Positions 12,998 to 25,700 are shown, numbered from the stretch's first letter. The stretch is 64,000 nucleotides of DNA from Psammoneis japonica (GCA_008632985.1 QPGO01000093.1:124001-188000); one strand, 5' to 3'. Translations and numbers: made by a program. The notes: generated from the sequence alone by a model not told the origin.

Positions 12998-14203
12998 ATG
13001 AAACAAGAAAACAAATTGCAGAAGTGGAGTGTGGTGCAGCTTGAATCTGGGAGAAGGGAACACACTGATGACAATGGGGGGTGCTGGATCAAGGAGGGAA
13101 GGAGGGAACTCACAGATGACCCGCACAATTGCCGTGACTGCATGGACATGTTTTGCATGTTGGACAGTGTTCAATTTTGTGTGGATGATGTGGAACTCTG
13201 GTGGATGTGGAAGGAACAATGGAAAAACAAGTGCAGGTTGATGGTTTTTGCATTGGCCCATGTGAGAGAGTGGAGTGACAAAGCAGTTGAGTGCACACAT
13301 GCCAGTGCCCACATGTTCTCCATGAACAATGAGATCAACTGGGCAAATGCAAACATTGATCATGGGAAAAATGCACACAAGTGCAAGGAGCATTGGGGCT
13401 GCATTGTGACCCACCAGGACAGGCAAGCTGAGAAGCATTGTGTCTGCAGTCATTGCCACAATGATGGAGAGAGTGAAGTGAGAGATGAGTTTGCAGTGGG
13501 ATCAATGGGGGGCAACATGAAATTAGCCATGGACAGGCAAAACATTCATGCTTTGAAGGACATGTCCAGCATCAGCTTGCCAACTTGTGGAACAGACAAA
13601 AAAGGAAGGTGCGGGCCACTCGGAGTTAGATCCAAGTGGGGAGGCACTTGCGGACTGGTGATGGACAAAGAGGTGATTGTCTTTGATGCATTGAAACTGG
13701 CAAAGTGGTTCCAGCATGAAATGCTGCAGGACAATCATGAAAAGCTGTGGTTTTGTGACGGAATGGAGTTCTTTTGTTTGTCACCCAGGACAGTCAATGG
13801 TTGGATGATGGATTTGGTTGAGAAGGAGAGTCAAGGTGGAACTCATGAGCCACACCATCCAAATGAGAACAAGAGATGCTGCAGGGCAGAGAAACTCTGG
13901 CGTGATCACATGGACCATTTTGTGAATTGTGTCAAGCCAGAGACATTGGCTTTCAATCGCATGACTGATTGTTCTGACATCGGGCAGCACAGCAAGTTTA
14001 AAATTGCAAGTTTGGAGGGAGATGCATTGGGGGAAGTGGACCAGACAGGATTGTGGTGCCAAAATGCTGGTGGCACTCCACCACCAGTGGGACGACGGGA
14101 AGGCGGGAACTGGTGTCATTTGTTTGTTGCATTCAAAATCTCTTTTGTGGGTGCCATGGTTTCCAAATGCCTTTGTGAGTTGGACAAATGTGTGTGTCAT
14201 TGA
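12998..14203 (+). pseudogene. Degenerate ORF of unknown function, probably cargo or accessory gene of the Plavaka-like element
   Basis: 401-codon open frame with protein-like composition but no Tyr and excess His/Cys; oriented divergently from the transposase. Confidence 0.4.
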
Positions 14204-14456
14204 ATGAGCTGGAAATGGATTTAGAAATCACAGTTGTGCAGATGTTTGAACTGGATTGTGCATCAACAGAAAATTTTCAAAAACAACAAAGAATGGTGAA
14301 ATTCATTTTAAAAGAATGTGCAATCACAGTCATGGTCATTTGCAAGTTACATGGCTGTAAAAAGAACAGAGTCATTGGTGAGAGCATCAGGTGTTTGGTG
14401 TTAAAAGAGAGGTTTGAAATTTTTGCAATGGCAACAATCATCAAGGGAACAGAGGC

Positions 14457-15825
14457 GTGCAGCTGCCCCTCATTTGCACAACATTGTCAGAGGCAATGGC
14501 AAGGAAGAAGAAAAAAACAGAGTGGGGAAGTGGCTGGAGATCAACCAACCAGCCAAAGGCTGGCAGCGGCATTGATGCGGGCAGGAGCCAGTGGAGATCA
14601 CCAGTCTGTAAAGAGGGAGGTCAAAGAGGTGGCACAGAGAGAGCCATTCCCAAAGGCAAAGTTCCTTGTCAAGGCAGACATGGAGAGCAGTGGAAAAGTG
14701 TTGCGGCTCATGTGAAAAAAAAAACAGCCGGTTGCAATTTCAGCATGCAAGACTGGGCAGGATCGTGGGAAGACTGGGCAAAGAAGTGCATCATGAATGC
14801 AACCAATGTAAAAGGGAACACCGTCACACAGACGATGCAGAAGAGCGCAATGGCTGGCAAGTGTTTTGTGATGCATGGCATGTTGAGTGCAGCAACACAC
14901 TCAACACAACCCTTCTTTGGTGCAGTCATGATGACAGAGCAGCAAGCAAAGCAATTGCATGGTCAGAAGAGAGCTGCTGTAAAAAAAAGAGGAAAGAGGA
15001 AGAGGAAGGGTCAAGCGGCAGATGAAGCTGTTCCTGGTGACATGGGAGGATGAGACAGTGGACATCATTGTGGGGGAGAAGTGAAGGAACAAGGAAGCAC
15101 ATGTGCGGTTCTACAAAAATGTCCTTAAATTCACAAAGAGCACTGCGGTGTGGAGAAAGAAGGTGGAGTCGGGTGAGACCAAGGCTCCAGATCTAACTGC
15201 GGCAAGCAACAAGGCTCTGGGGCTGTTGACATTGGAAAACTGCTGGAAGATTTGGGAGCACAAGGCCCTTCATGACAAGACTGTTGAAGGGGGAGCAGAC
15301 ACAGGGGATGAAGAGGAGGAGGAGGAGGAGTCAAAACCAGCGCCCAAGTGTGCAGACCCAGTGCAACAGCGCAACTCATGGAATGATGAAGGAATGTTGC
15401 AATTCAACACCCCACTTGCACAAGTGAAGGAGGACAGGGCAAGTGAGAAAGGTGTGCAGTTTGACACATGGCAGAGTGGCGGCAATGAGAGGGAGAGCAA
15501 TGAAAAGGTCGAGGGAGCAAAAAAGAAGAAAATGCCGGTGGAGAAGCAGGTGAGGAAACAGGCAATGACAGAGCTTTCCAGCAACAATGAGGAGGACAAG
15601 GAAGAGGAAACGGAAAAGGACCTGCACAACAAGGACAGCAAAGAAGAGGAGGAAGGAAGTGAAGCAGGAACCAAGGATGAAGAAGAGGCAGAAATGGAGC
15701 AAACTCCAGTGCAGAGAGGGAGGGAAGCCTTTTGTCAATGCCAGAATGGAAAACTGCAAAGCACTGCATTGGTGTTCATTGAAAACACTTGCAAACCAGG
15801 AATGCAGAAATTCGATGTCAATTGA
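14457..15825 (+). pseudogene. Degenerate accessory gene of the Plavaka-like element with acidic C-terminus
   Basis: FPKAKF, then SNKALGLLTLEN(C)W.IW...WNDEGMLQFN...VKEDR...F. I associate this pattern with accessory ORFs next to Plavaka-type transposases (from memory, unverified). Frameshifted. Confidence 0.45.
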
Positions 15826-15908
15826 GAGATGTCTCACACTGTTGGTTGATGAACAACTTGTGCCACACATTCTAAAAAAAACATTGAATGTGATTGTCAG
15901 CACAAATT

Positions 15909-16076
15909 TGTGGACTGCCAGCATTGGGACAACATGATGGATGTCTGGGACAGATGACAATTGTGCGCTGGATGAGAAAGAAAGTGAACAAAGGAGAGAT
16001 CATCAGATCTCTCCATGCTGTCTGTGCCAGTCTGTCCAACACAAGGGAGTGCGCTCCCCCTCTCAGATGTCTGTCA
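15909..16076 (-). repeat. 3' LTR of Copia copy 1
   Basis: TG...CA on the minus strand; colinear with 21625-21792 and 34795-34963; preceded by the purine tract AGGGGAGGG (16077-16085, minus). Confidence 0.9.
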
Positions 16077-19000
16077 CCCTCCCCTGATGAGCAATGCAAT
16101 GCTTGTCAAGGAAGAGAACATCTGAAAAAAAGAGGACCAGAACAGCAGAACAAAGTGAGGGCCAAAAATTTTGCCCAAGACTTGACTCACAAACACGACA
16201 ACAATCAACAGCAGTGTCCCATCAAGTGGCAGGCATGGCAGGAATGAAGCATCCAAACCACAACCTTGGTCAGCACATCAGCAGGGTTGATGACACCCGG
16301 AATGTGTCGAGTGACAATTTTGCCCGCCTCGCGCCAGTCTTGGATTGCAAAATGTGAACATCAATGTGGCGGGAATGCTCCGCAGGCACCTTGTGATTGA
16401 CCATCTGGGTGGCAGAAGAGTTGTCAACATGCAAGGGAGCAGGTTCACATTGGGGAAATCCCAGCTCTTCAAGTGCCATCCTGAGATTCAAAGCCTGCTT
16501 CACACTGGCAACAGCAGCAACAAGAAATTTGGCTTCTGTGGAGCTGGCAGCTGCAATTGTCTGAGTTTGGCAATGGCAATCAACCACAGCACCAGCAAGG
16601 ACATGTGCATGTCCAGCAGCAGAACGCAGATGCCAAAGTTTGTTGGCATGTGCTGCATCAACAAAGCCAAGAAGTTGGAACAGATCATCAGCACAAGGAA
16701 ATTCTGGAAGAGTTGGATCCAGTTCCAACCATTCAAACAAAGCAAGGAGGAAGACCTGGATTGTGCTTTGTCTTCTTGTGCATCAAACCCCCCAATGTTT
16801 GGTGCAGCGCAAATGCTTTGCCACGCACTTGAGAGAGGTGCAGTGAATCTCAGTGGGACAACCAATGTCCAAACAACAACAAGTGCGTGCAAAAATAAAT
16901 TCACCCACAACAGATTAACAGGAAAAAACCTGGAATTCCGCCAATGCTTCACAGTCCAGGGTGCCTTCAAAGGGGCCTTCAGCAGTGTGCAGTTCTGCAA
17001 TGCTTTCAACCAGGATGGGTGCAGCCTTGAAGTCACTGTGTCAGATTTGTCAGCAGCAAGTGAGTCCCAGCTGTCAGTCTTGAAGACTTGGTCTAAGCAG
17101 CTTGCACATTTTGTCATGATGGAGTCCTTGTTCTACACCACATCAATGCCATTGAACTCGGCAACCAAACTGAGATGCTTGAAAGGAGGCAAGTCTTTGT
17201 TTTCCATTTGGAGTTCCTTGCCAACATGATCACAGATTGCTTTGGCAACATCCTCTGAGGGACAAACAAGAGCAAAGCCATCAACCTGATGGAGCAACAA
17301 TGCTTTGACACCATCACAAGTGCCAGAGTGGACACACTTCTTGTTGTGGGTGGTGTTGCGGAAGAGAAGTTTTGCCTCCTTGAGTGTCAAATTGATGTGC
17401 TTTTCCCATGGAACACCAGCTTCAGGATGGCCCTGGAGAGCATGCTTGAGCAGGAGAACAAAGTTGCATGTGACCTTCTTCCCCAAATGCTTCTCATGCC
17501 ACACAGCACATGCATCATCTGTGGCAACATAAACAGGTGCAGATGGACCTGGAGAGTGAGCATGAGCATCATGAGCATCACCACCAAAAATGCAATGCAA
17601 CAAGGCAGCACCAAGAGCAAAGAACATCTTCTCAATCAATTGGTCAACACAAGATGAACACGTGGAGGTCAACTTGTGCAAAGCTGGTGGGGCAGACTTT
17701 GAGCCATTTCCACACTGCCTGGAGCAACATTGGCCATCAGGTTTCACCATGTGATCCCAACACAGATGCACAGCAGTGGCGCCAGGAGGTTGTGGTTGTG
17801 GAGGACCACACATGCCGAGTGCAAAGAGTTGGTCCAGTTGATGGTGTTCACCTTTCTCCCATTCAGGCCATGCATCCAATTTTCTAAGCTTGGATTGGGC
17901 AAGTTGATCAAGAGCAGCTTCCTTGGGGGTGAGAGAGCAAGAGCTGATTGCATTGAGATGTGCATGAAAGTCTTCCGTTGGAACAGATTGTTCCAAAAAA
18001 TCATCTTCAGGATGGAGAAGAGCCGCAATTGAACACGCATCTTCAAGGGCAAGTTCCGGCACATGTGAGTCATCTTCCATGGAATTGGGGTCAAATGACT
18101 CTGCTTCCTCAAAAGCTTTGTTGAGAGTTTGTGAGTCCAAATGTCTTTCTGGTGCAAAAGTGATCTCAAAAGTTGGGATCTCTTCATGGAAGAAATGTGA
18201 CAGTGCAGCTTCAGCATCCTTTGGTGTGAATGCTTCATGCTTGTTGACAGAGACAATGTGAGCACCCATGATCTTGTTGCGAGTGGCACAAAGTGAAGGA
18301 AAAAAAGAAGCTGCAGGACTGCGCTGCTTGATTTCAGATGCATGGGCATGATCCATCAAAGCACACTGGGAGAAGCCAAGCCCACAAGTGGGATCTGTGG
18401 GAGGGTGTTTCATGGTGCAGGTGACAGTCTTGGCAAAAGGATTTGAGGATGAAGCAAACATGGGAACAGTTGTTTCCTGTGTTTCAGCCAGGAAAGGCTG
18501 ACCATTTTTCACATGCTGCAAATGGGTGGCATTCAGGGAAAGCCTGTCAGATGACAAATCATTCATGCCTTCATCATGCTGCACATGCTCAGCCCTCTTG
18601 ACTTTGTCAGTCATGGGGTCCCACCAAAGAACGTTCTTCAAAGTGTTTGGCAGATGGCCAAGGAATGCCCCTTTCTTTGAGTTTGTCCTGAATGTGGCTG
18701 GATGAGCAGAAGGTTGTTCAGCCCATGCTTGGCATCCAAAAGTTTTCAACGTAGAGAAGTCTTCAATCTTTCCAGTGGCAAGGGTGATCGGGGCAGCATC
18801 TTGATCTTTTGAAGGAGTGGCATTCTTGACATGCAGGCAATGACAAAAAGCACAGGGCCAGAATCTGATCGGGAGGTTGGCACCAATTAAAAATGCGCAA
18901 ATCGCATTCTCAACAGTCAAATGTGAGTGTTTGACAGGTCCACATTGGTTGGAGGTGCCAGTGCCAGAAGGACACATGTCATGCTGGAATTCACATTCAA

Positions 19001-20686
19001 AGATGTCACGAACTTTTGGATTTTTGTGTGATTCCCCACCTTGGTCCACAAAGACATGTTTGTCATGACAGTTTGGCAAATGTTGATCCAAGAATCAGCA
19101 AAGCCACTTGAGAGGACTGGCTTTGGAAACCCATGCAACCCCATGGAGCATGCAAGTTTTGTGGTCGCACACACTGATCCAACATGTTTCATCTTTGAAA
19201 CCAAGATGGTCAGACTGGCAGTTTTCATTCTTTTAGAGACTTGACCAGCAAAAGCAAAATCCACAGCAAGACCTTGGCATGGTTGAGTTGCCTTTTGAGT
19301 TGCATTGGGTCCAGCAGCTGTCTTGACTCATTTTGCCTGGATGCGTGCTGGACAAACATCAAGCACCGGGTTGGCATGACAAAACTTGGGAACTCCTTTG
19401 ACACACTTGCGAGCATCACACAAGCAATGATCACTGGGATGACCAAGATGGTGATGCCACAGCAGAAATTCAGTCTCAATTTTTAGAGAACAGACCAGAG
19501 CAGGAGCAGGCAAAGGGGGCAAGACTTCATCAATGGAGTTGCACTTCATCAAAAACAGCTCAGTGTCCATCACAGGAGGGGCAGTTGAGTCATGTTGGAC
19601 ATTGACACAGAACGCAGCATGTTGGCATGCATCTTCAAGATCAGCAACCAAGGTTGGATTGGACATTGGAAGTGCTTGATGTCTGGCAGCCTCTGACGGG
19701 GGAACCAAAGCTTGGGCAAAGACCTTTCCATGGCAAAGAATGCCATGGACAACCACCTTGTGGGCATTGGTCAAAGCAGCACATGTGCAAGCACTGTCAG
19801 CACAGGTCTTCTCAAGGAGCTTGGATCCAATGGCATGGGGTTTAAAACCAGAAGCCCGCACAAAATCACATTCATCAATCAAGGTGGAATGCAGACTTGG
19901 GTGGCAAAAAGTGCGCACAAAAAGGAAGCCGTCTGCATTCTCTGCAGGCACTTGCAAGCAACCATGGCCGTGGGGAATTGCATCAGGAGATCCTTTGGTG
20001 GCAGGCAGCATCTTCAAAGGGCATGGGTTGTCTGGTCCAAATGGGGTGTGGGCATGAAGAAGGTTCTTGTCTCCAGCGCAGGACACCCAAGCACCTGTGT
20101 CAATCTGTGCATGGCACATCGATGAATCTTGGAGCACATGGACCAAATTGGGAGGAAGTCAAATGGAGTCATCTTGAGGGCAGCACATCCATCACCGTGG
20201 CAGACCCATTGGCGGACAATGTCAGGACACTTGGAGTCAGCTGGAAAAATCCCAACCTTCTGGATGTGCTGGAAGATGGTCAACTTCATCCAATCAAGTG
20301 GTGCGTGCATGCAAAGTGGTGGGTCATCTGTGGAATCATTGCCACTTGTGAAACCTCAATTGCTGCCATCCTTGACAAAACACCACAAAGGATGCATGTG
20401 TGCACCACAAGCTGAAGCTTGTTGGGTTGCAGTTGTGTGCCATGCACGGATTCCTTGAGGAGAGATGTCATCACAAGTGAGAAGAGCATGAAGAAACAAC
20501 TTGGCATCCCAATTGGTGCAATGGACAGAAAGAGAGCCATTGGCGCAAGTGTGAGATGTTCTGCACCATCTTCATGATGAAGATTGCCAGACTTGTGGGG
20601 TGTCAGTGATTTCCCTGACACTGTGTTCCCTGCTTCCTTGCATTGATGGCAAGCCAACACATCCTTGGGGAGTCCTTTTGGGTTGA

Positions 20687-20688
<2 letters not shown>

Positions 20689-20721
<33 letters not shown>
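20689..20721. repeat. (GT)16 microsatellite inside the gag region of Copia copy 1
   Basis: Directly visible; absent at the homologous position (~35855-35865) of copy 2. Confidence 0.95.
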
Positions 20722-20722
<1 letters not shown>

Positions 20723-21624
20723 CACTGGTTGCAGTCAAGGCAGAAGCCACAGTGGCAGCAGTCATGGCAGAAGATGCAGAAGATGGTGCAGGAAGAGTGG
20801 TCTTCTTCAACATGTCGTCAGTCACAGCCTTCTCACACTCTTTTGGACCGGGCAAATGGGTGGCCAAGGCCTTGGCAAGATCTTCAAGGTTGGCACCTGC
20901 AGCGGCAGCCAGTGGAGGTGCAGAACTTGAGGCATGACATGACTTTGGATGTGGAGTGTCGGGTGTGTTGTCCCAACATGCATGAGATTGAAAATCAGGA
21001 CTGAAGAAGAGACAGATGGATGCAAACACATGTTGTCACAGCATCCTGACCATGCAAGATTGCCTTGATCATGGCCTTCTGAAGATTGGCATGGTTCAGA
21101 CAAACCTGAGAACCTTGAGGAGCAGCCACAAATGGAGGAGCCTTGTCAATGATTGATGCAATCCATGTGAGATCCTCAATCAGCGCAGCTTGGGGGGTGG
21201 TGAGGTCCTGAACAATCTCGCGAGATGGAGTGTTGGAACAGCATCACTCTTGAGGCCTTGAGGAGCAAATCCATCTAGAAGATCTTCAGGAGCAGGGATC
21301 TCATCTGAACAAAGGGTGTTCAGGTGAATGTGGGCATCAGGTGAGAGGTGATGTGGCTTGAATTTGACCAGCATGGGCACGATCTTGGTGAAATTGACGG
21401 CGTTTGTGTGTTCTTGTTGACCACGGTTGCAAAGGAAAAAATTAAGTTCCTGCACAGAGCTCTGGCATGTGCTCTGTGGTGGTTGTTTGATCACAAATCA
21501 AGAGGCAAAAAACAGCTGTGACAATGATGACGATTTCAACGGAGGAAAGTTGCCAAACCACACAACGGGCATTGCAGCACAGCAGTGCAGAGAAAGACAA
21601 ACAGCGCACTGCTGCTCACAACCT

Positions 21625-21792
21625 TGCAGACTGCCAGCATTGGGACAATTCAATGGATGTCCAGGGCAGATGACAATCATGCACCAGATGAGAAAGAAAG
21701 CGAGCAAAGGAGAGATCATTGGATCTCTCCATGCTGTCTGTGCCAGTCTGTCTGACACAAGGGAGTGCACTCCCCCTCTTGGATGTCTGTCA
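21625..21792 (-). repeat. 5' LTR of Copia copy 1
   Basis: Colinear with the 3' LTR; followed on the minus strand by GGTTGTGAGC, a mutated Copia-type PBS (GGTTATG...). Confidence 0.9.
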
Positions 21793-22032
21793 CAAATTGT
21801 TTTTGTCAAAAGGCTTTTTAGTGTTGAAGTCTGCAGGCAAAAAAGGCAAGCACTCTGAAGGGGAAACAGGGTGCATTTTCACAGTTGAAGGTTTCATCTC
21901 ACAGGACACAGTGGGGTGCAAATTGTCACCACAACAGTCAAGGCTTGAAACAATGGAATTTCATGCCGTGACAGATTGAAAAAATTGCCATGAGAAAGGT
22001 GGTCTGGATCACTGCAATGCATGCTCTGATGC

Positions 22033-22611
22033 ATGTCAGCCACATCTCATCAACGTTGTCATGTCTGTGCTTGCAAGAACACCAAGTGCCCAGCAAAGCG
22101 GGGTGACAACTCCATGAAAGGCATCTTCCTTGGGCACATGCCGGACCCAACCAAGGACATTGTGTGGTGTGATCCAGTGTCTGACCTTGTCAAGATGGAC
22201 ACACATTTTTGCCTCAATGAAGGTGTGAATGATCTCCCCCATGGCCAAACACCACCGAGCATCATTCATCTTCAATGGACACAGAATGGCGAACTTTTTC
22301 CAGCTGAGGAAGAGGAGACATCAATTGAGAAGTTTCACTTTGCTGGCAATCCTTTTGCCCAGACCCTCAAGTTCAAGATGTGGTGGTCTGCATTGGATCC
22401 AAAGTGTGGCATGACTTTCAAGACTGATGAGCTCTTCAACCATGTGTGCTTGTCTGATGTCAAGTGTGGCAGCTCTGCGGCATGCCTCTTCTCCTCTCAC
22501 AAGGCGCTGCTCGGAACAAGATCTGATTGGATCCACAACCACTGGAGGCAGGTTGTGCACCTGTCAATTGTTGACACCATTGGCAAAGAAGATTTCATGA
22601 AGAAGCAATGA
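22033..22611 (+). mobile_element. Fragment of a related Copia pol (post-integrase SH3 region)
   Basis: KGIFLGHMP...IVWCDP..LVKM.TH..LNEGVNDLP...NGELFPAE is paralogous to the same region in copies 1 and 2. Confidence 0.75.
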
Positions 22612-22774
22612 TGTGCACTTTGCCAGTGTTGGGGCACTCCAGTACAGATGTTCAGTTCGCTTAGAGACGAGTATGGAAGGTGAGGGAGGGGGTAGTTCGT
22701 TTGTGATAATGTATGCTACTGACGCATTTTGATGCAAAGTGTAAATGACAAAAGTATGAAAACTACCTCATGTC

Positions 22775-25700
22775 TCACGGTCTGAAGAGGTCGTTCATTG
22801 AAAACTCGCTTGGGAATTCGCCACGGTTGGGACAAATCCTGTTCAGCATGTCTCCGTCGTCCACCCCTGCCCATCTGCCGACAGCGGGCCATATTTGATC
22901 AAAGCTTGTCGTGGGTATGAAGCGTCCACGTCCTAAATTGAGTTCGCCGTTTTCCGACATGTCCTCGGGGTATTCTCCCAGGATTTTGCCGCCCTTGACG
23001 GAGCCACCAAATAAAAAGTAATTGCCACCCCACGCATGATCGGTTCCTCCACCGCTATTGGGAGACAACGTCCTTGCAAAATCACTTACTTGCACCACTG
23101 TTGTACTACTCCACATGTCTTGCTTCTTAAGCTCCGTCGTGAACGCGCTGATGGCCTCATTCACATCCGAAAAAAGACTCGACAAGCCTTCCTGCATGTT
23201 GGAATGTAGATCAGAACCTCCCATCTAGACATTACAAGAGAGCCGAGACAGACATGATTAGACAAGCCGTAGCTCCAGCATGAGACAAGCAGAAAAATGT
23301 ACACTCACCTCGACGTAAAAAACATCGGCATTCTTGTCCCTCTCTTTGTGGGTTCGTATCATTTTTGCTACAATTTCTAGCTTCTTTCCAATGTCGGACT
23401 CACCAAAGTCTTGGCTGACCTGCGCGAGACGCAGCGTCTTGTAGAGAGCTTCGTTCTGTTTTAATGATTCAATGAGCAAATTTGACCACGTGCTCGCCAT
23501 GAAACCGCTGTCCACATTTGTGGCGTTGTTGAGATCCTTAATGGTACGAACCATGGTCGACCGTGTTATCATTGTAGCTGCATCGGTTCGCATGAACTGG
23601 CTGACACCTGCGGGGCTCAAACTGATCGGTGGCGGAGCGACACGGGCATCTCCTACGAGTGCGATTGAAGTGAAGTCAATCGAGACAGAACCAACCGAAA
23701 GACCTTGCTAAGACATTGCATCAGCAAGTCTGCCCAAAACACCAGTACCTGATGCAGCGTCGAACAAATCAACTCATTTTGCACTTCTCTGCATTGTGTT
23801 GTGAGCGAATAACTGCGTTGGGGTGTGTCTTGCAAAATACGCTTCTTTGCTGGACGGTCGACCAAGAGAGCCGGTGTTTGCAGAAAACAGCAGATCTTTC
23901 TCGTTTTATAATTGTTGCACAATGGGTAAGTCCTCATGCACACCATACCAAAGGTTGAGCAGCCAAACTTGACCAGATCCGCTTATCGGCAGGATACTCT
24001 GTAGCAGTAGATGAGCATGCTATAGCAGGAGTCCGAGCTATGACGTAGCGTGAATATGCGTCATCCCCACCACCTTCGCGTGCTCTGCATGTCTTGGGTA
24101 CAAACATATTGAAAGAGTCGCAACCACCAGCAAATACCAGCATAACTTACACCTTGTAAGGCTTTCCTGGAGCCGGAATACGCTCCCGTGTCTCCTGAAG
24201 GGCTTCACCACTCAGTTTAACCTTATTCGTTGTGTGAAACTCCGCGGTCGTTACTATGAGCTGCTGTGCAATGCGTAACCCCGCGTCCCTGTCGATCTTT
24301 TCTACTGCGACATCATATGCTTCCATTATCGTCTGCCGACTCTTTGCATCTAAGCGGCCTGATGTCGGCATTGTCGCAAGTTCATCGACCACTTCCATGG
24401 ATGTCGTCCCGGTCGGACGATAGGTGAGCATTCCAGTAGCGCGCATGTTGCGACCATCATCGAGGCGCTTTCTTTGTATCCGCCGGCAATGGTAAAACCA
24501 AAGCCGTGATCACAGTCTGAAAGCCCATACTTCATCAGGCTTCGAGCGCAATTCACCCACGCCACCATTCGAGCTGTCTGCAACGTAGCAAATCAACGAG
24601 GCACAATATTGAGAGTTTCCAATACACGTGACGAAGAAAGAAGAAACGACAAACTTACATCTAGAAGCTGAGCTTGGGGGCAACAAGCAATCCAGTTGAA
24701 CCTCTTTGTCAGGCTGGTATTCCGAAAGGAAGAATGAAAAAACTGTGTCGTGTTCGTGCGCCATTTGACCTATCTTCTCGTCCAGATTGTCGAAAACAAC
24801 GTATGGATATCCACCAGGAATTCCTGTCTTCGGTTTGAATTCCATGCTGCGCATTAGACTAATCACCTTCAGCAGAGGTTCGCAAATGGATCCGTGAGAA
24901 GGCACACATCGAGCACTACTGACCGAGACTCTCTGTCAAGCAGAATAGCTGCGATTTTTGAAGCGAGATCTCCGTATTTACATGTGCCAAAGCTAGTATC
25001 CCCGGACTTGAACGTTCCGGTTCGAAAAGCAGTTGCACACTCCTTAACGTATCGCGAGCTTGGGTTCGAGATGCCAAATCGTTGGCTTAGCCGCGTACAC
25101 ACGAAGGGCGCGGTGTTTGGATAGTGCACAAGGTGCGTAAGCCATGCTTCAGTCTCGTATTCCACATCGCGGACCGTACCGGTAGCCTCAGACGGCACCA
25201 AACTTTTAAACTGTACAGGGTTTCTGAAGCTAAACGAAGAGTCTCCAAGCTAGACAACCACCTCAGCGTTCTTTAGGAAGAGCGTACGACCAAAATCTTC
25301 CGCAACTTCAAAAATTGTATCAGACGTATAGCCCGGACTACTCGGCATGTGTACGGTGAAATCATTGATCCTCCTGGAATCGAACTTCCCTGAATCAAAA
25401 GATGCAGTGTCCGGGGCACCGATCCGAAGCCGGGAAATAGTCAAGTCGGAACTGGCGGGGTCACGGTCGAATACAACCATTTCTTTTACGGGTACAGACG
25501 TCTCACATAGGCAATTCTCTCCTTCGATTGTCTTGCACCAAAGGGTATCACAGTCTCCTTTCTTTTGTCGAGGGTAGGCGCCATCCGCCCATGGAACGCG
25601 GATATAGTTCTTTGTGTCGTCGTCAACATGCGCACCTTTCCTCGACCGCCATTCGGAACAGTGAAGTCATGGACCAACGCAACAAAGCCACGTGGGTTTA

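Larger units (their letters stand above)
15909..21792 (-). mobile_element. Ty1/Copia (CoDi-like) LTR retrotransposon, copy 1, both ends intact but degenerate
   Basis: Two 168-bp LTRs, TSD CAAAT(T) at 15903-15908 and 21793-21798, PBS and PPT. Domains in Copia order: protease IDTGA, GAG-pre-integrase LWHHHLGHPS..C..C, integrase VDQGGE...LPIRFWP, SH3 LKTFGC..FLG, RT KHALQGHPEAG / LHQVDG, RNase H GFVDAAHAN...SSTEA...VDNSSA...SRHIDV. Confidence 0.93.

Noticed and set aside
15909..21792. ADAR-type RNA editing fixed by reverse transcription
   Set aside because: Changes occur on both strands, differ between the two LTRs of one insertion, and also affect DNA transposon remnants.
2723..22640. Classical fungal RIP or simple CpG decay as the cause of the compositional bias
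   Set aside because: RIP increases TpA, and CpG decay cannot turn Tyr codons into His or Cys. CpG decay probably contributes but is not sufficient.
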